Source of the DNA: Bacillus subtilis subsp. subtilis str. 168
Lineage (GTDB): Bacteria; Bacillota; Bacilli; Bacillales; Bacillaceae
Assembly (NCBI RefSeq): GCF_000009045.1
Contig: NC_000964.3
Location: forward strand, 3,750,001-3,782,000
Reading direction: 5' to 3'
Length of the DNA stretch: 32,000 nucleotides
A program made the position numbers and the translations under genes. Below, piece after piece: positions 29,293 through 32,000 of the stretch. The notes under the pieces are model-generated. The model saw nothing but the letters and a program-made list of their open reading frames with translations. It did no database searches and was not told where the DNA came from. Every line of letters starts with the position of its first letter. The first letter of the stretch is position 1.

Positions 29293-30033
29293 TTAATATT
29301 CAGTCGTAACGATTGGTGTGCCAACCGTAACGGTATGTTTTCCGCCCATTCCTGCACTTCTAAGTGCAATTTGCAAATTCATTTTATGTTTCGAGGTCAT
29401 AATGTACTCTTCCCACTCATCTGTAAACGCAGAAATAGAAACGAAATTTGGCTCAACTACATGTTCTACTGATCTTGCTTGAAATTCATTTAATAACTGA
29501 TTTGCTTTTTTTTGCAAAACAATATTCATATTATCATCTAAGTGACCATTTAGACAAGTAAAAATAACTACTTTTTCTTGGAATATCCCAAGTGTCTCCC
29601 GTTCAAACTGTTCATATGTATCATTCCAGCTATCCGGTGTCTCTAGACTCATTTGCTCATATAATAAATACGAAGTTGGATTGTGTTTTTTGAGGGTTGT
29701 GACAAGCTGCAGTCTAAAAGAAGTACGATTTTTTTTGTCAGTATATGTGCCAATTGCCTTTATCATTTTATCTTCCCGTGCAATCACCCAATCATATTGA
29801 CGATACTCTTGTTTTAAACGTTGCACTTTTTGATAAAATTCTTTTTCGGTCAGTGACAAGTTTTGTTTTGCATGCAATGTCCACTTATCTATTGACACAT
29901 CTTGACGTTCCATCCCCTCTGCCATCTGTGCTAACGGCGTTAATTCACTCGCATGAATGGTATGGAAAACAGCAATGACGAAGCTTAACATGACGGAAAT
30001 GATAATAGCGTGGCTTACTTGTTTTTTCTTCAT
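29293..30033 (-). CDS. ywmB: YwmB/TATA-box-binding-like family protein, conserved in spore formers
   Basis: 246 aa from MKKKQVSHAIIISVMLSFV; start at 30033 favoured by RBS spacing. Confidence 0.88.
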   Translation of the reverse strand: MKKKQVSHAIIISVMLSFVIAVFHTIHASELTPLAQMAEGMERQDVSIDKWTLHAKQNLSLTEKEFYQKVQRLKQEYRQYDWVIAREDKMIKAIGTYTDKKNRTSFRLQLVTTLKKHNPTSYLLYEQMSLETPDSWNDTYEQFERETLGIFQEKVVIFTCLNGHLDDNMNIVLQKKANQLLNEFQARSVEHVVEPNFVSISAFTDEWEEYIMTSKHKMNLQIALRSAGMGGKHTVTVGTPIVTTEY

Positions 30034-30161
30034 GTTCATCTCTCCCCCTTATCCCCAGTTTTACCGGAGGCAAGAGGCGCCATACGTAAAAATCTTCGTC
30101 AAAACTCGAGCTATTCGCTTCAACCCGCTTCTCCCAACCATTTAATAATGTTCAAAACCTA

Positions 30162-30392
30162 TTAAAATAGATAGGGAAGCTGCTGTGAATAATTGAGGTA
30201 ATCTAAAAAGAAATTGGCAACGGCCGTTCCAATGGCGATTGTCAGCAAAATCATCAGGAGTCTTGCCTGCACGACTTTGCCTTTTTTGATTAACGGATCT
30301 ATATTGACGGCTTGCAACGCCCACCAAGTCACTGCTATAAAAATCAGGTGAACGACAATGCCGATTGCAGCCTGCTGTCCCAATACACTCAT
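30162..30392 (-). CDS. ywzB: DUF1146 membrane protein YwzB
   Basis: 76 aa; QQAAIGIVVHLIFIAVTWWALQA; position between atp genes and murAA. Confidence 0.9.
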   Translation of the reverse strand: MSVLGQQAAIGIVVHLIFIAVTWWALQAVNIDPLIKKGKVVQARLLMILLTIAIGTAVANFFLDYLNYSQQLPYLF

Positions 30393-30561
30393 CTATTACA
30401 CTCCTTTCTCTGCGTTCATACCCTTTCTTATTATATAAGAAGCACAGATAAAGATGATACATTTTATACAGAACGGAATAATCAGCCAAATCTAGGGCTA
30501 ATCCCCGCTTAAAGTGCGATTCTTTTACATGGTATACTTTATTGGAAAGGAGCTGGCAAAT

Positions 30562-31035
30562 GTGAATCATTCTTTTTTTCAGCCTGAAAAGCAATATGGT
30601 GAGGACCTGCCAATTTTTGATCAGGAATGGGAAGCAATTGCATTCTATTATGATTATAGACAGTCACAGATTGAAGAACTGAATGAATTGTGTCAGTTTT
30701 TTAACATTTCTCTTACCTATACGAGAGAAAGCCTTGAAGAGCTTGAAAACCTCTATTTTCAAAGTATACAAGAACTTTTGCTTGCTGATTGGAATCTTCC
30801 TATTGAAGAATTCGAGAAAATGATCAGTGTTTATCTTATAGATTGTGTGATTGCCCGCCATGAAGATGCTGAATGGGTTGTAAAACCTTATCCCTATAAA
30901 GACGGCGCTTATACACTTGGCTTTAGAAGACATCGCAAATCGTGGCATACAATGAATGCCTGTGATGGTTTATACCTGCGTCCAAAAGAGGATCGCCCGT
31001 TGCTGTCGCTGTTTGATTCTCTTGTGCGTTCATAA
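30562..31035 (+). CDS. ywmA: Uncharacterised soluble protein YwmA
   Basis: 157 aa from GTG (VNHSFFQPEK) preceded by AAAGGAG; ORF track start 30514 lacks an obvious RBS. Confidence 0.8.
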   Translation: MNHSFFQPEKQYGEDLPIFDQEWEAIAFYYDYRQSQIEELNELCQFFNISLTYTRESLEELENLYFQSIQELLLADWNLPIEEFEKMISVYLIDCVIARHEDAEWVVKPYPYKDGAYTLGFRRHRKSWHTMNACDGLYLRPKEDRPLLSLFDSLVRS

Positions 31036-31067
31036 AAAAATCCTTCTCATAAAGAGAAGGATTTTTT
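31035..31067. terminator. Bidirectional terminator between ywmA and atpC
   Basis: AAAAAAATCCTTCTC-ATAAA-GAGAAGGATTTTTT. Confidence 0.93.
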
Positions 31068-31068
31068 C

Positions 31069-31479
<411 letters not shown>

Positions 31480-31490
31480 CTAGGACCAGA

Positions 31491-32000
<510 letters not shown>

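Noticed and set aside
30055-30135. Approximate 26-codon minus-strand ORF (MVGRSGLKRIARVLTKIFTYGASCLR) between ywzB and ywmB
   Set aside because: No Shine-Dalgarno before the ATG and no obvious TM or domain character; kept only as a weak possibility.

Overview
The gene content and order match a Bacillus subtilis-type core chromosome segment running from the atp operon end to ywoG. This identification comes from recognising protein families and synteny; no database was searched. From right to left the segment contains: atpD (partial), atpC, ywmA, ywzB, ywmB, murAA, spoIID, tandem VWA genes ywmC/ywmD, ywmE, fdhD, moaA, rapB, ywmF, csbD, ureABC, ywnA, ywnB, ywnC, mta, clsB (ywnE), ywnG, ywnF, ywnH, spoIIQ, ywnJ, bcrC, nrgA/amtB-nrgB/glnK, ywoB, ywoC, ywoD, ywoE/pucI, ywoF and ywoG (partial). 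I see no CRISPR array, rRNA, tRNA, transposon or prophage, and no convincing new multi-gene defence or mobile system. The most useful leads are small: (1) a 26-codon hydrophobic ORF absent from the supplied ORF track, overlapping the ywoB stop by 4 nt (ATGA) with a Shine-Dalgarno; (2) two copies of a TGTAAC-N7-GTTACA inverted repeat, one over the -10 of a strong promoter of the Rrf2-family regulator ywnA and one directly upstream of ywnB, suggesting an autoregulated two-gene regulon; (3) a 19-bp-spacer MerR-type promoter at mta; (4) an imperfect direct duplication flanking a large hairpin between fdhD and ywmE; (5) a ~1 kb gap upstream of ureABC with a palindrome in the candidate promoter; (6) distinct palindromes upstream of ywoE, ywmC, ywmD and ywoB.
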